This document shows, piece by piece, positions 1-10,629 of a stretch of 42,302 nucleotides of DNA. The stretch is taken from NCBI RefSeq assembly GCF_001194135.2, contig NC_068987.1, forward strand, positions 12,366,001 through 12,408,302, given 5' to 3'. The notes below the pieces were generated by a model. It saw nothing but the letters and a program-made list of their open reading frames with translations, did no database searches and had not been told where the DNA came from. Source of the stretch: Octopus bimaculoides (lineage: Eukaryota). Numbering within the stretch: position 1 is the stretch's first letter; each line of letters opens with the position of its first letter. A program made the position numbers and the translations under genes.

Positions 1-64
1 ACTGATATACATATATATATGCATATACATATACATAAGTCCTGCGGAGGTGGGATCGATTAGT

Positions 65-166
65 TTGACTAAAGACGGTGCTTGACTAAAGGCGGTGCTT
101 GACTAAAGGCGGCGCTTGACTAAAGGCGGCGCTTGACTAAAGGCGGTGCTTGACTAAAGGCGGTGC
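65..166 (+). repeat. 17-bp minisatellite, 6 copies (TTGACTAAAGGCGGTGC), derived from the S1 SINE tail
   Basis: Units lie at 65, 82, 99, 116, 133 and 150. The unit matches TCGACTAAAGGCGGTGC in S1 tails (e.g. near 41505). Confidence 0.92.
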
Positions 167-194
167 TATCATTTAAACATTGCTATTCTTATAT

Positions 195-591
195 TCTTTT
201 AGTTAATTCAGTCATTTGACTGCGTCCATGCTGGAGCATCATCTTGAAGGGATTTTAAGTCGAACAAATCAACCTGAGGACTTATATCTTAAGCCTAGTA
301 CTTATTCTATCAGCCTCTTTTGCTGAACCGCTAAGTTACTGGGATTGTAAACACACCAGCACCGGTTGTCAAGCAGTGATGGGTAGACAAACACAGACAC
401 AAAGACATACACACACGTATATAAATGTGTGTGTGTGTGTGTGTGTGTGTATAGATATATGATTGGCTTCTTTCAGTTTCCGTCTACCAAATCCACTCAC
501 AAGGTTTTGGCTGGCCCAAGACTATAGCAGAAGACACTTACCCAAGGTACCACGCAGTGGGACTGAACCTGGAACCATGTGGTTGGGAAGC
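195..591 (-). mobile_element. S1 tRNA-derived CORE-like SINE, near full length, with internal microsatellite linker
   Basis: Reverse complement of the 41157-41570 copy: head, GCACCTTGGGCAAGTGTCTT CORE-like segment, (CA/TG/TA)n linker, tail. Confidence 0.85.
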
Positions 592-605
592 AATATATAT
601 ATATA

Positions 606-1527
606 NNNNNNNNNNNNNNNNNNNNNNNNNNNNNNNNNNNNNNNNNNNNNNNNNNNNNNNNNNNNNNNNNNNNNNNNNNNNNNNNNNNNNNNNNNNNNNN
701 NNNNNNNNNNNNNNNNNNNNNNNNNNNNNNNNNNNNNNNNNNNNNNNNNNNNNNNNNNNNNNNNNNNNNNNNNNNNNNNNNNNNNNNNNNNNNNNNNNNN
801 NNNNNNNNNNNNNNNNNNNNNNNNNNNNNNNNNNNNNNNNNNNNNNNNNNNNNNNNNNNNNNNNNNNNNNNNNNNNNNNNNNNNNNNNNNNNNNNNNNNN
901 NNNNNNNNNNNNNNNNNNNNNNNNNNNNNNNNNNNNNNNNNNNNNNNNNNNNNNNNNNNNNNNNNNNNNNNNNNNNNNNNNNNNNNNNNNNNNNNNNNNN
1001 NNNNNNNNNNNNNNNNNNNNNNNNNNNNNNNNNNNNNNNNNNNNNNNNNNNNNNNNNNNNNNNNNNNNNNNNNNNNNNNNNNNNNNNNNNNNNNNNNNNN
1101 NNNNNNNNNNNNNNNNNNNNNNNNNNNNNNNNNNNNNNNNNNNNNNNNNNNNNNNNNNNNNNNNNNNNNNNNNNNNNNNNNNNNNNNNNNNNNNNNNNNN
1201 NNNNNNNNNNNNNNNNNNNNNNNNNNNNNNNNNNNNNNNNNNNNNNNNNNNNNNNNNNNNNNNNNNNNNNNNNNNNNNNNNNNNNNNNNNNNNNNNNNNN
1301 NNNNNNNNNNNNNNNNNNNNNNNNNNNNNNNNNNNNNNNNNNNNNNNNNNNNNNNNNNNNNNNNNNNNNNNNNNNNNNNNNNNNNNNNNNNNNNNNNNNN
1401 NNNNNNNNNNNNNNNNNNNNNNNNNNNNNNNNNNNNNNNNNNNNNNNNNNNNNNNNNNNNNNNNNNNNNNNNNNNNNNNNNNNNNNNNNNNNNNNNNNNN
1501 NNNNNNNNNNNNNNNNNNNNNNNNNNN
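606..1527. other. Assembly gap (N). Further gaps: 2173-2874, 17812-18096, 19176-20003, 23414-23423, 24648-25114, 29425-29654
   Basis: N runs, each abutting (TA)n, (CA)n or (TG)n on at least one side. Confidence 0.98.
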
Positions 1528-1539
1528 GTATATATGATG

Positions 1540-1690
1540 GGCTACTTTTAGTTTCTGTCTACCAAATCCAGTCACAAGGCTTTGGTCGACCTGTGGCTAT
1601 AGCAGAAGACACTTGCCCAAGTTGCCATGCAGTGGGACTGAACCCGGAACCATATGGTTGGGATGCAAGCTTCTTGCCTCACAGCCATGC
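1540..1690 (-). mobile_element. S1 SINE head/CORE fragment
   Basis: Contains GAAGACACTTGCCCAAG...GGGACTGAACCC, the reverse complement of the S1 head. Confidence 0.8.
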
Positions 1691-2052
1691 TGATATCAAA
1701 AGATATCGCATTTACTCACAAAAATAATCACCGCACTAAATCAAACTGAAAATCACGAATCTCAATCAAAGTAATTTAAGATCAAAGAAACGAAGAAACA
1801 GACGATAATAATGGAAATAATGTCCATCAAAGCAGAAACCGTGACCCTCAATAAAAATGGTAACAAAGTGTAATGCCACTTGGGGGGTCTGTTGGAAGCG
1901 GTTTCTGAAAATGGTCACAAGGATACTCATCCTATAATGACAGATGTCTCAAGCCTCTTGGCATCACGTTAAGCATATTATCCATTCAGCCAATCATTGT
2001 TGTCTCTTCTATTGCACAAAATTTAGAGGATACTTTGCATTAACATATGCTA

Positions 2053-2094
<42 letters not shown>

Positions 2095-2896
2095 ATGTGT
2101 ACATATATGTATATATATATGTGTGTGTATATGTATATATATATATATAAATAAATATATATATATATATATNNNNNNNNNNNNNNNNNNNNNNNNNNNN
2201 NNNNNNNNNNNNNNNNNNNNNNNNNNNNNNNNNNNNNNNNNNNNNNNNNNNNNNNNNNNNNNNNNNNNNNNNNNNNNNNNNNNNNNNNNNNNNNNNNNNN
2301 NNNNNNNNNNNNNNNNNNNNNNNNNNNNNNNNNNNNNNNNNNNNNNNNNNNNNNNNNNNNNNNNNNNNNNNNNNNNNNNNNNNNNNNNNNNNNNNNNNNN
2401 NNNNNNNNNNNNNNNNNNNNNNNNNNNNNNNNNNNNNNNNNNNNNNNNNNNNNNNNNNNNNNNNNNNNNNNNNNNNNNNNNNNNNNNNNNNNNNNNNNNN
2501 NNNNNNNNNNNNNNNNNNNNNNNNNNNNNNNNNNNNNNNNNNNNNNNNNNNNNNNNNNNNNNNNNNNNNNNNNNNNNNNNNNNNNNNNNNNNNNNNNNNN
2601 NNNNNNNNNNNNNNNNNNNNNNNNNNNNNNNNNNNNNNNNNNNNNNNNNNNNNNNNNNNNNNNNNNNNNNNNNNNNNNNNNNNNNNNNNNNNNNNNNNNN
2701 NNNNNNNNNNNNNNNNNNNNNNNNNNNNNNNNNNNNNNNNNNNNNNNNNNNNNNNNNNNNNNNNNNNNNNNNNNNNNNNNNNNNNNNNNNNNNNNNNNNN
2801 NNNNNNNNNNNNNNNNNNNNNNNNNNNNNNNNNNNNNNNNNNNNNNNNNNNNNNNNNNNNNNNNNNNNNNNNNNTATATATATATGTATATATATA

Positions 2897-3085
2897 TCGA
2901 ACTTGAACCAAATTCGATGAATGGCACCCATGTCAACCTTCTTTCATTGGACACTAAATTCAGCTTGCGAAGACCTGTTGGAGCAAGTGAGATCGAAACT
3001 GAACCAAATTTGATGACTGGCACCAGTGCCAGTGGAGCGCTAGCAGCACCATCCGAGTGGGATCACTGCCAGAGCAGCGGTCTCA
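2897..3085 (+). mobile_element. Repeat fragment, probably RTE 3' UTR-related
   Basis: Shares GCGAAGACCTGTTG..GCAAGTGA with the RTE 3' UTR near 16840. Shares GAACCAAATTCGATGACTGGCACC with the minus-strand copy near 34900-34995. Confidence 0.55.
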
Positions 3086-3091
3086 CTCCCA

Positions 3092-3222
3092 TGCCTGAAA
3101 AGTTCCTGGTTTTGGGTAAAAGAAAGTACAGGAGGATCAGGTAATTATGCTTTTATTCAACATTAACACACTTATTGCTACGGTCCTTCAGTTTTTCGAA
3201 GCCCTGTAAAAGGAACTTTCCA
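3092..3222 (+). mobile_element. Mariner MITE family M1, partial
   Basis: CTGAAAAGTTCCTGGTTTTGGGTAAAAG matches the terminal inverted repeat (TIR) of the 40867-41083 copy. Confidence 0.7.
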
Positions 3223-3234
3223 GTACATGCATAT

Positions 3235-3405
3235 ACAGCAGGCTTCTACACAGTTTCAGCCTACCAAATTCACTCACATAGGCATGGGTTGGCCTGGAGC
3301 TATAGCAGAAGACATTTGTCCAAGGTGGAGCACAGCGGGACTGAACTTGAAATTGCATGGTTGCAAAGAAAACTTCTTCTTAATCACACAGCCATCCATG
3401 CCCAC
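3235..3405 (-). mobile_element. S1 SINE head/CORE fragment
   Basis: Diverged reverse complement of the S1 head and CORE-like segment. Confidence 0.75.
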
Positions 3406-3589
3406 ACCTACAAGTCATATACCATGCAATAAGTGGTACGAAATCTCAACAACCATATATTTCAAGCCACTTATCCGTCATTTGAGCTACAGACTTAATT
3501 TCCTTTATCAACACTATTACATTCAGCTTGTTCCAATCAATGCCAAAGTTATTTTACTAAGTTAAATGTTTACTAGTGTTCACTGATAT

Positions 3590-3712
3590 ATGCTGCTGCT
3601 ACTACTACAACTACTACTACTACTATTACTACCACCACCACCACCACCACCACCACCACCACCACCACTACCACCACTGCTGCTGCTGCTGCTACTGCTG
3701 CTGCTGCTATTA
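3590..3712. repeat. Compound trinucleotide microsatellite (CTG)n-(CTA)n-(CCA)n-(CTG)n
   Basis: Read directly from the sequence. Confidence 0.95.
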
Positions 3713-3804
3713 TTGGCAAGCTGACAAAGATGGTGTACTGACTGAATCACTATTGCATTGGGGAAAATGTTTAGTGGCATTTCTTCTGGCTGTTTATGTT
3801 CTAA

Positions 3805-4275
3805 GCTCAAATCCCATCAATGTCAGCTTTACCTTTTATCCTTTCAGGGTCAATAAAATAAGCACCAGACAAATACTGGGGGTGATGTAATAGACTTAGC
3901 CGCTCCTGTAAAATTGCTGGCCTTGTGCCAAAATTTGATATGTGTCGACTTTGCCTTTCATCCTTTTGGGATTGATGAAATAAAGAACCAGTCATGCACT
4001 GGGGTCAATGTTATTGACTAGCCCATTCTCCAAAATTTCAGGCCTTGTGACTACAGTAGAAAAATCTATTCTGGCAGAATTGTTAGCATGCCGGACAAAA
4101 TGCTTAGCAGTATTTCATTTGTCTTTACATTCTGAGTTCAAATTCCACTGAGGTCGACTTTGCCTTTCATCATTTTGGGGTTGATAAATTAAGTACCAGT
4201 TGAGTGATGGGGTCGATGTAATCGACTATCCTCCTCCCCCAAATTTCAGGCCTTGTGCCTTTAGTAGAAAGGATT
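3805..4275 (+). mobile_element. Tandem partial S2 SINE copies
   Basis: Repeated GCCTTTCATCCTTT.GGGGTC.ATAAA.TAAGTACCAG blocks, with B-box GAGTTCAAATTCC near 4135. Confidence 0.75.
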
Positions 4276-4323
4276 ATCATCATCATTATTATTAATATTC
4301 TTCTTCTTCTTCTTCTTCTTCTT

Positions 4324-4354
<31 letters not shown>

Positions 4355-4369
4355 TTATTATTATTATTA

Positions 4370-4885
4370 TGTTGTTTTTTTTCTTCTTTCTTCAAATTTT
4401 CTTCCATTTCTCATCAAGTGTTTTCCGTACACCTAGGGCAGAGAAGCTCATTGTATGCATTCCCAGTTTACACACGTAAATTCACAGGTAAAATATGTAT
4501 TTAAAAAAAAATTGATAAATAAATAAATTCATAAATGGAAGTTGTTTTCACAGCGATAATTCTCTTCTCAGTACATGAGTCGTTCCAGTTAACACAATTT
4601 TTTTCACTTCCTGCAGGGATAGTAAGTCTGGTATCATTTTCAAATAGGTTTCAGTACCTTTTTTTTTTTATCATTCTTAGAGATCCTACAATCACTGGTA
4701 CGGTAGTCGCCTTGAGGTGCCACATTTTCTCAATTTCTATTAGCAAGTCTTTATATTTACTGATCTTGTCAAATTCTTTCGCTGCTATATTATGATCGCA
4801 AGGAATACTCAAGACAATTAATAAACACATCTTTGTCTGATCTTTTATAATAATATCCGGTTTATTAGCTTTTATTTTTATTATT
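4370..4885 (-). mobile_element. 5'-truncated non-LTR retrotransposon, R4/Dong-like: C-terminal restriction-like endonuclease remnant (4548-4880), 3' UTR and (AAT)n tail
   Basis: Translates to ANKPDIIIKD..CLLIVLSIPCDHNIAAKEFDKISKYKDLLIEIEKMW..TTVPVIVGSL, then after a frameshift at a poly-T run EVKKIVLTGTTHVLRRELSL*. This fits the RLE PD..D motif and the K..KY motif. Confidence 0.85.
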
Positions 4886-4959
4886 ATTATCATCATCATC
4901 ATCATCATCATCATCATTATTATTATTATTACTATTATTATTACTGTTATTATTGTGAA

Positions 4960-5180
4960 AGATAGAGAGCTGGTAGAATAGTTAGAGTGTCATAAAAAAA
5001 TGTTTTACGTATTCCTTCCAGTTCGTTATGTGCTGAATTCAAATTCTGTTACGGTCAATGTTTATTTTTCATACTTTCAGGTCAATAAAATAAATACTTG
5101 TTAAGCATCAGCTTGTATGTAAACACCTTGCCTTCTCCACCCAAAATTGCTGGCCTTGTGCCAAAATTAGAAAGAATTAT
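4960..5180 (+). mobile_element. S2 SINE, diverged
   Basis: Starts GAGCTGGTAGAAT.GTTAG, contains GAATTCAAATT, and ends AGAAAGAATTATT. Confidence 0.7.
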
Positions 5181-5289
5181 TATTGTTATTCCTTATGTCT
5201 AAAAATTTATTGTATAAATCACCATTTTAAAGAGCAATATTCGGTTGTTTGTTAAAAATATCTCCTACCTATCTTTAATCGTTAATCTT

Positions 5290-5540
5290 TTATCTCCTAC
5301 TTGTTTTAGTCCTTAAACTGTGGCCATGCTGGAGCACCACTTTGAATTATTGTTAGTCGAATGAATCGACCCCAGGATTTATTTTTTTAAAGCCTGGTAC
5401 TTATTCTGTCAGTCTCTTTTGCTGAACTGCTAAGTTACAGGGACACAAACACACCAACACTGTTTCTCAAGCAGTCGTGGACAGACAAACACAGACAGAA
5501 AGACACACACATAAATATATATACATACATACATACATAC
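5290..5540 (-). mobile_element. S1 SINE tail with microsatellite linker
   Basis: Contains GGCCATGCTGGAGCACC...TACTTATTCT...GCTAAGTTAC. Confidence 0.75.
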
Positions 5541-5571
5541 ATATTTTTTTTTATTTATGCACCCTTTTAAA

Positions 5572-5862
5572 GCCTAGCCAGGCTCATGGGCCCAGTTTTC
5601 CCGTTTCTATGGCGTATGTCCCCCCCCCCCCAGCTGGACAGGACGCCAGTCCATCGCAGCATTACTCAAGAAACAGGAAGAAAGAGTGAGAGAAAGTTGG
5701 GGGTGAAAGAGTACAACAGGGGTCACCACCATCCCCTGCCAGAACCTCGTGGTGCTTTAGGTGTTTTCACTCAATAAACACACACAATACCCAGTCTGGG
5801 AACCGAAACCGCGATCCTCCGACCGCAAGTCCACTGCCCTAACCACTGGGCCATTGTGCCTC
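5572..5862 (-). mobile_element. S3 tRNA-derived SINE
   Basis: Minus-strand head has an A-box (TGGCCCAGTGG) and a B-box (GGTTTCGGTTCC). Body matches 30400-30572. Confidence 0.8.
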
Positions 5863-5894
<32 letters not shown>

Positions 5895-5952
5895 TCATCA
5901 TTATCATCATTGTTTACACACACACACACACACACACATATATGTACACAAC

Positions 5953-6110
5953 AGGCTTCTTTCAGTTTCTGTCTACCAAATCAACTCACAAGGCTTTGGT
6001 CAACCCGAGGCTATAGTAGAAGACACTTGCCCAAGATTCCACACAGTGGGGACTGAACCCAGAACCATGTGGTTGGGAAGCATGCTTTTTACCACACAGT
6101 CATGCCTGTA
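5953..6110 (-). mobile_element. S1 SINE head/CORE
   Basis: Reverse complement of the S1 head. Confidence 0.8.
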
Positions 6111-6659
6111 CCTATCTAGCACAGAAATATCATTAAGGTCTGTTACGATATTGGCAACTAAGACATGAGCAGAAGCTTTGGTAAGTGAATTCATATAGAC
6201 TACTTATATTAATTACTTTAGGGTAAATTTCCTTGCCAGAATGACTAATGTTACTAGACATAATAATAACATTCCTAATAGATAAGTTCCCTGAGCTGTG
6301 AGAAAATGTGGCAGATTCTGTTATTTTCAGCAGAACCTTTCTTTAGAAGAAATGAGGTCAAGTGTGTTGGAAGGCAAAAAGTGAAGTGAAGGAGGATAAA
6401 AATGGTAAATGGAATTACCAGGTATTTAGTAGAGAGGAGGGTAATGAATAGCCCCAAACTGTCAGAATTCACTTCACACAATGATATTATGAATGGTTAT
6501 CGCCAAGCCAACATGGCAGTCCAAAAAATAGGACGAATGATATTATTATTATGTCTTAATTTTTACCCATTTTATTACTTGTCATTGTTTTGTTCTTTTT
6601 TGCCAAGGCAGACCTTTTTCTCAGACTTAAGTATTGTTTCTTTAATGTTACATATTGGC

Positions 6660-7045
6660 AACGTGGCGAGCTGGCAGAACCGTTAGCACGCCGGGTGAAA
6701 TGCTTAGCGGTATTTCGTCTGCCATTATATTCTGAGTTCAAATTCCGCCGAGGTCCACTTTACCTTTCATCCTTTTGGGGTCGATGAATTAAGTACCAGC
6801 TGCTTACTGGGGTCGATCTAATCGGTTGGTCCCCTCCCCCAAAATTTTGAGCCTTGTGCCTAGAGTAGAAAAGAAGATTACATATTGGCTCAGGCATGTT
6901 GGCTCAAGTTTTCTTAACAACCATATGGTTAAATGTTCAGTTTCACTGCATGACACCTTGAGCAAGTTTCTTATACTATAACCCTGGACCAACCAAAGCC
7001 TTGTGAGTGGATCTGGTAGAGGGAAAGTGAAAGATGCCTTTTGCA
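6660..7045 (+). mobile_element. S2 SINE (6660-6875) followed by S1 head/CORE (6880-7045)
   Basis: GGCGAGCTGGCAGAACCGTTAGCACG with a B-box, then GACACCTTGAGCAAG and AAAGCCTTGTGAGTGGAT. Confidence 0.8.
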
Positions 7046-7722
7046 TATAATTGTATCAGGCATGTGCCATCAGTAATTACTCAGGGTAGGTAGTTGGTGA
7101 ATTTTATGTAGTAAAACACACAAAAATAAGCGAAACACAGGCACGCGACTGAGTTGTAGGCAGATTTACTTCTGCCTTTATAGCACGTAAAGAAAACATT
7201 TTTTGCAGGAATGTATGTGGAACGTGTACTACAGCAGTACATATATTACATATTGGAGGAGGCTCTCAGTAATAACAGTGTAGCAAAATGGTGGTGCATC
7301 AGCATGTCTATGGCTCTGAGCTGAAACTACAAAGAAGATATATATACATATGAATATTCTTCTGCATGTTTCAGTCATTTGATGCATTCATTTTGGGAAG
7401 CATTTTGAAGAATTTAATTAGGCTCTAGAGCTAATTATCTAAGTATGGTAATTAGTTTGACAGTTTCCTTTGGCTGGACCACTAAGTTACAGTGACATAA
7501 CAAAAACCAGCAGTGGCTGTCAAGTGCTGAAGGCAACAAACACAGACACAAACACACACACATACACATACACACATACACACAAACACGCACACACACA
7601 CACACACACATTGTTCTTCAGACCATTCTGCAGAGATTAATGAGCTGTTAACAGGCAGGCAAAACTGAATTGTTCAGAGGTTTCACTACAACACCTGCTT
7701 TCACAGTGAAGCAAAATACACT

Positions 7723-7883
7723 AGTGCAGCTAGAAGAGGTCAGAGGGGGTTGTACACCCTGGGTGGCACTTTCATGGGGGCAGCACCACTTTTGGGTCTG
7801 CTGTAGGCAACATGTTTTTATTGTGGGGGCCAGGGGTGGAAAACTGAAATGCCACCCTGGGCGGCACACACTCTAGTTACACT
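7723..7883. mobile_element. Degenerate GC-rich MITE relic
   Basis: Imperfect TIRs AGTGCAGCTAGA / TCTAGTTACACT (10/12 match), plus an internal inverted repeat GGGTGGCA / TGCCACCC. Confidence 0.45.
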
Positions 7884-7928
7884 AAAGGCAAAATATGTTA
7901 TTTACTGAATGCTTTATTTGCAATTTAC

Positions 7929-7949
7929 CTGTATTTCTGCTGCCATAGT
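7929..7949 (-). CDS. Candidate 21-nt exon (TMAAEIQ), gene unknown
   Basis: Acceptor ttccctaacag, donor CAG|gtaaat, open in phase 0-0 and phase-compatible with 8701-8735. No homology recognised. Confidence 0.3.
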
Positions 7950-8700
7950 CTGTTAGGGAATTAATAATATATTCTATCAGCATAAATGAATAAAGGTAAT
8001 GCCTGTTGTTGAACACATCTTTTTATATGTAGCTGTTACCAATAGTATTTGTTGGAAAGGTGGAAGTAAACCTTTGTGATGGTCGAGTAGAGACTATCTG
8101 AATCAAGTCAAGCTGCTCTTCAGTTCATTCTGGGAAGAAAGAAAGAAAGAAAGAGAGAAATAGCAAGAAAGACAAAGAGAGAAAGGGAGAGAGAGGGACA
8201 AGCAGAGAGGGGGGGAGAAGCAGTGAGAGAGAGAGAGAAGGCCCGGTGATTTAATCATGGAGTCTATTTGGATAGTGAGACTAAATTTATGTTTAATAAA
8301 ACCACAAATATATATAAATCTGCTTAAAACTTGTCCACACAGACTTGCTATCTCAGCATCTTGATTAATATAATATAATGCAGTATAATATACATAAACA
8401 TATATATATATATATATGTATACACACACACATACATACATACATACGTGTGTGTGTGTGTGAGTGAGTGAGTGAGTGTGTGTGTGTGTGCGTGTGTATT
8501 TGATGACATATATAAGATGCATAGGCATATAATATGCATTCCCATTTCAGCAGCAAATATTCAAAAGAGAAAAAAACTACAACAACAAAAATGTATTCAG
8601 TATATTTAGACATGTAAGGTTTATTGAAATGCTCTTCTGATAATATCCTGACCTTCTCATTCATTAACGTTTAAGAAGAAACGCTTCTTAAATACCTCAC

Positions 8701-8735
8701 ATCTGTCATTTTTTTTTTTAACTCTTCCTCAAATT
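8701..8735 (-). CDS. Candidate 35-nt exon (EFEEELKKKMTD), gene unknown
   Basis: Acceptor cctaacctcatattgttcag with a CTAAC branch-like motif, donor GAT|gtgagg, purine-rich open frame. No homology recognised. Confidence 0.33.
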
Positions 8736-8779
8736 CTGAACAATATGAGGTTAGGCAAAGGAGATCATGTGACATATTA

Positions 8780-8918
8780 GGAGATGCTGAAAAGTTCCTG
8801 CATGTAAGAGTATCGTGAAGGGCCTGGGTGGAGGCCCAACCTTCCAGGTTGTTTTACAGGGTTTAGAAAAACTGAAGGACCACTGCAATAAATGGGTGAA
8901 TCTGAGAGGAGAATACGT

Positions 8919-8970
<52 letters not shown>

Positions 8971-9020
8971 CGGTTGCTGAAGAGTTCCTGGTTTTAAGGG
9001 TATTGCCAAAGACCTGAGTC
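8780..9020. mobile_element. Mariner MITE M1 fragments separated by (TA)n
   Basis: TIR GCTGAAAAGTTCCTG. The plus strand encodes a mariner-like C-terminus, LQGLEKLKDHCNKWVNLRGEYV. A second TIR follows the (TA)n. Confidence 0.7.
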
Positions 9021-9774
9021 ACCATCTTGCCTTTGCATTGTAATCAATTACAAGTTTACCCATTTGCAGCTGAGTGAAGTGAAGCAATATGAAATGAAGT
9101 GTTTTGCTGAAGAGTGCAATGTGCAGCTGATCTGGGAGCTGAAACCAGAATGTCATGATTGTGAATGCCATGCCCTAACCACTGGGCCATGTACCTTCTC
9201 TGAGACACATCACCAAGAGGTTAAGGTATTGCTTAAAGCTCTTGTGGTCGATTTGATACCCTGCTATTCCATATTCTCAATCTCCTTTAGTTTGAAGCCA
9301 ACATTGCAGCTTAATCTCTTGTTCCCTGCAACTATATTTTTATGAGTAAAATGCTGTAAATTCTTGAACCAACTTGGATCCATCAGTGTTGTATCTACCA
9401 AGCAGACTAGTCTTAGGAGGCACAAGCACTTACACATTTACACACACAATGGAAACTTCTGCCTTCCAAATTTAATCCATTACCTACCAGTGATCTCATA
9501 TAAGATCACTTAAAAATTACAAATTTCGTAATTATCTGTCAATATTTACACATATCTAACCTTTTTGCTATATCTACTAGGTATATTTCTCTGATATTCA
9601 AATGAGGTTTGCTAATTTTTCACCCAATATCTTGCTTATTTCTATTTAAAATGTTATTTTGAAATGTTATTTTGATCATTCCAGCATGTTTCTAAGGTTG
9701 TTTTATGCTAGAAATCAAAGTTTCATTAGAAAAATTCCAGTTAATAGAAGTATGGGAGGTAATGGGTTAATTAC

Positions 9775-9897
9775 AATGCTTTGGTCAGCCTGAGGCTATA
9801 GCAGAAGACACTTGCCCAAGGTGCCACGGAGAGGGACTGAACTCAACACAATGTGGCTGGGAAGCAAGCTTTCTAACCACACAACCATTCCTGTGGC
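9775..9897 (-). mobile_element. S1 SINE head/CORE
   Basis: Contains GAAGACACTTGCCCAAGGTGCC...GGGACTGAAC. Confidence 0.8.
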
Positions 9898-10149
9898 TAC
9901 TAAGTGCTTGTCTCTCCTAACAGAGAGGAAGAAAATGAACTCATACTAAGCTACCCATACTATGCTTAATGTTCTAAATACATGAAAAGACGACTGATCG
10001 TGAATGTGAATACAAATTTTTTCGTGTGTACTGATAGATGGTGCTTATGCAGTGTAATCAGAATCAGATGGCATGACAAATGCTGCTATTACTCACTGTT
10101 ATAATTTCAAGTTTCTTACAAAAGCTCAGAATGTTTTTATATATTTAAA

Positions 10150-10600
10150 TAGGTGCAGAAGTGGCTGTGTGGTAAGAAGCTTGCTTACCAACCACATGGT
10201 TCTGGCTTCAGTCTCACTGCGTGGCACCTTAGGCATGTGTCTTCTACTATAGCCTCAGACCAACCAAAGCCTTGTGAGTGGATTTGGTAGACAGAAACTG
10301 AAAGAAGCCCATCATATATATATTTATATATATAAGTGCAGGCAGCGCGTAAAATACACCATTTTGAGCGTGGCCATTGCCAGTACCACCTGACTGGTCT
10401 TCATGCCGGTGGCACATAAAAGCACCCACTACACTCTCGGAGTGGTTGGCGTTAGGAAGGGCATCCAGCTGTAGAAACTCTGCCAGATCAGATTGGAACC
10501 TGGTGCAGCCATCTGGTTCGCCAGTCCTCAGTCAAATTGTCCAACCCATGCTAGCATGGAAAGCGGACGTTAAACGATGATGATGATGATGATGATGATA
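10150..10600 (+). mobile_element. S1-head SINE carrying an RTE-type 3' tail ending (GAT)n
   Basis: S1 head/CORE, (TA)n linker, then AAAAGCACC..GGAAGGGCATCCAGCTGTAGAAAC..GCATGGAAAGCGGACGTTAAACGATGATG. Confidence 0.85.
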
Positions 10601-10629
10601 TATATGTAAATCAATAAATAGAGTTAAAC

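Noticed and set aside
65-166. CRISPR-like array
   Set aside because: The units are contiguous with no spacers, the context is eukaryotic, and the unit derives from a SINE.
463-3023. Long ORFs in the track spanning N runs (also near 17.6-20.2 kb, 24.5-25.4 kb and 29.3-29.7 kb)
   Set aside because: Their length comes from untranslatable N gaps and (TA)n/(CA)n repeats.
3576-3890. Poly-His/Tyr/Cys/Ser/Leu ORFs (also 4255, 14574, 22521, 31137, 40338)
   Set aside because: These are translations of trinucleotide microsatellites.
6213-6295. Possible terminal exon encoding a tail anchor (QGTYLLGMLLLCLVTLVILARKFTLK*)
   Set aside because: The acceptor is good, but it is not phase-compatible with the upstream candidates, and the composition is expected in AT-rich sequence.
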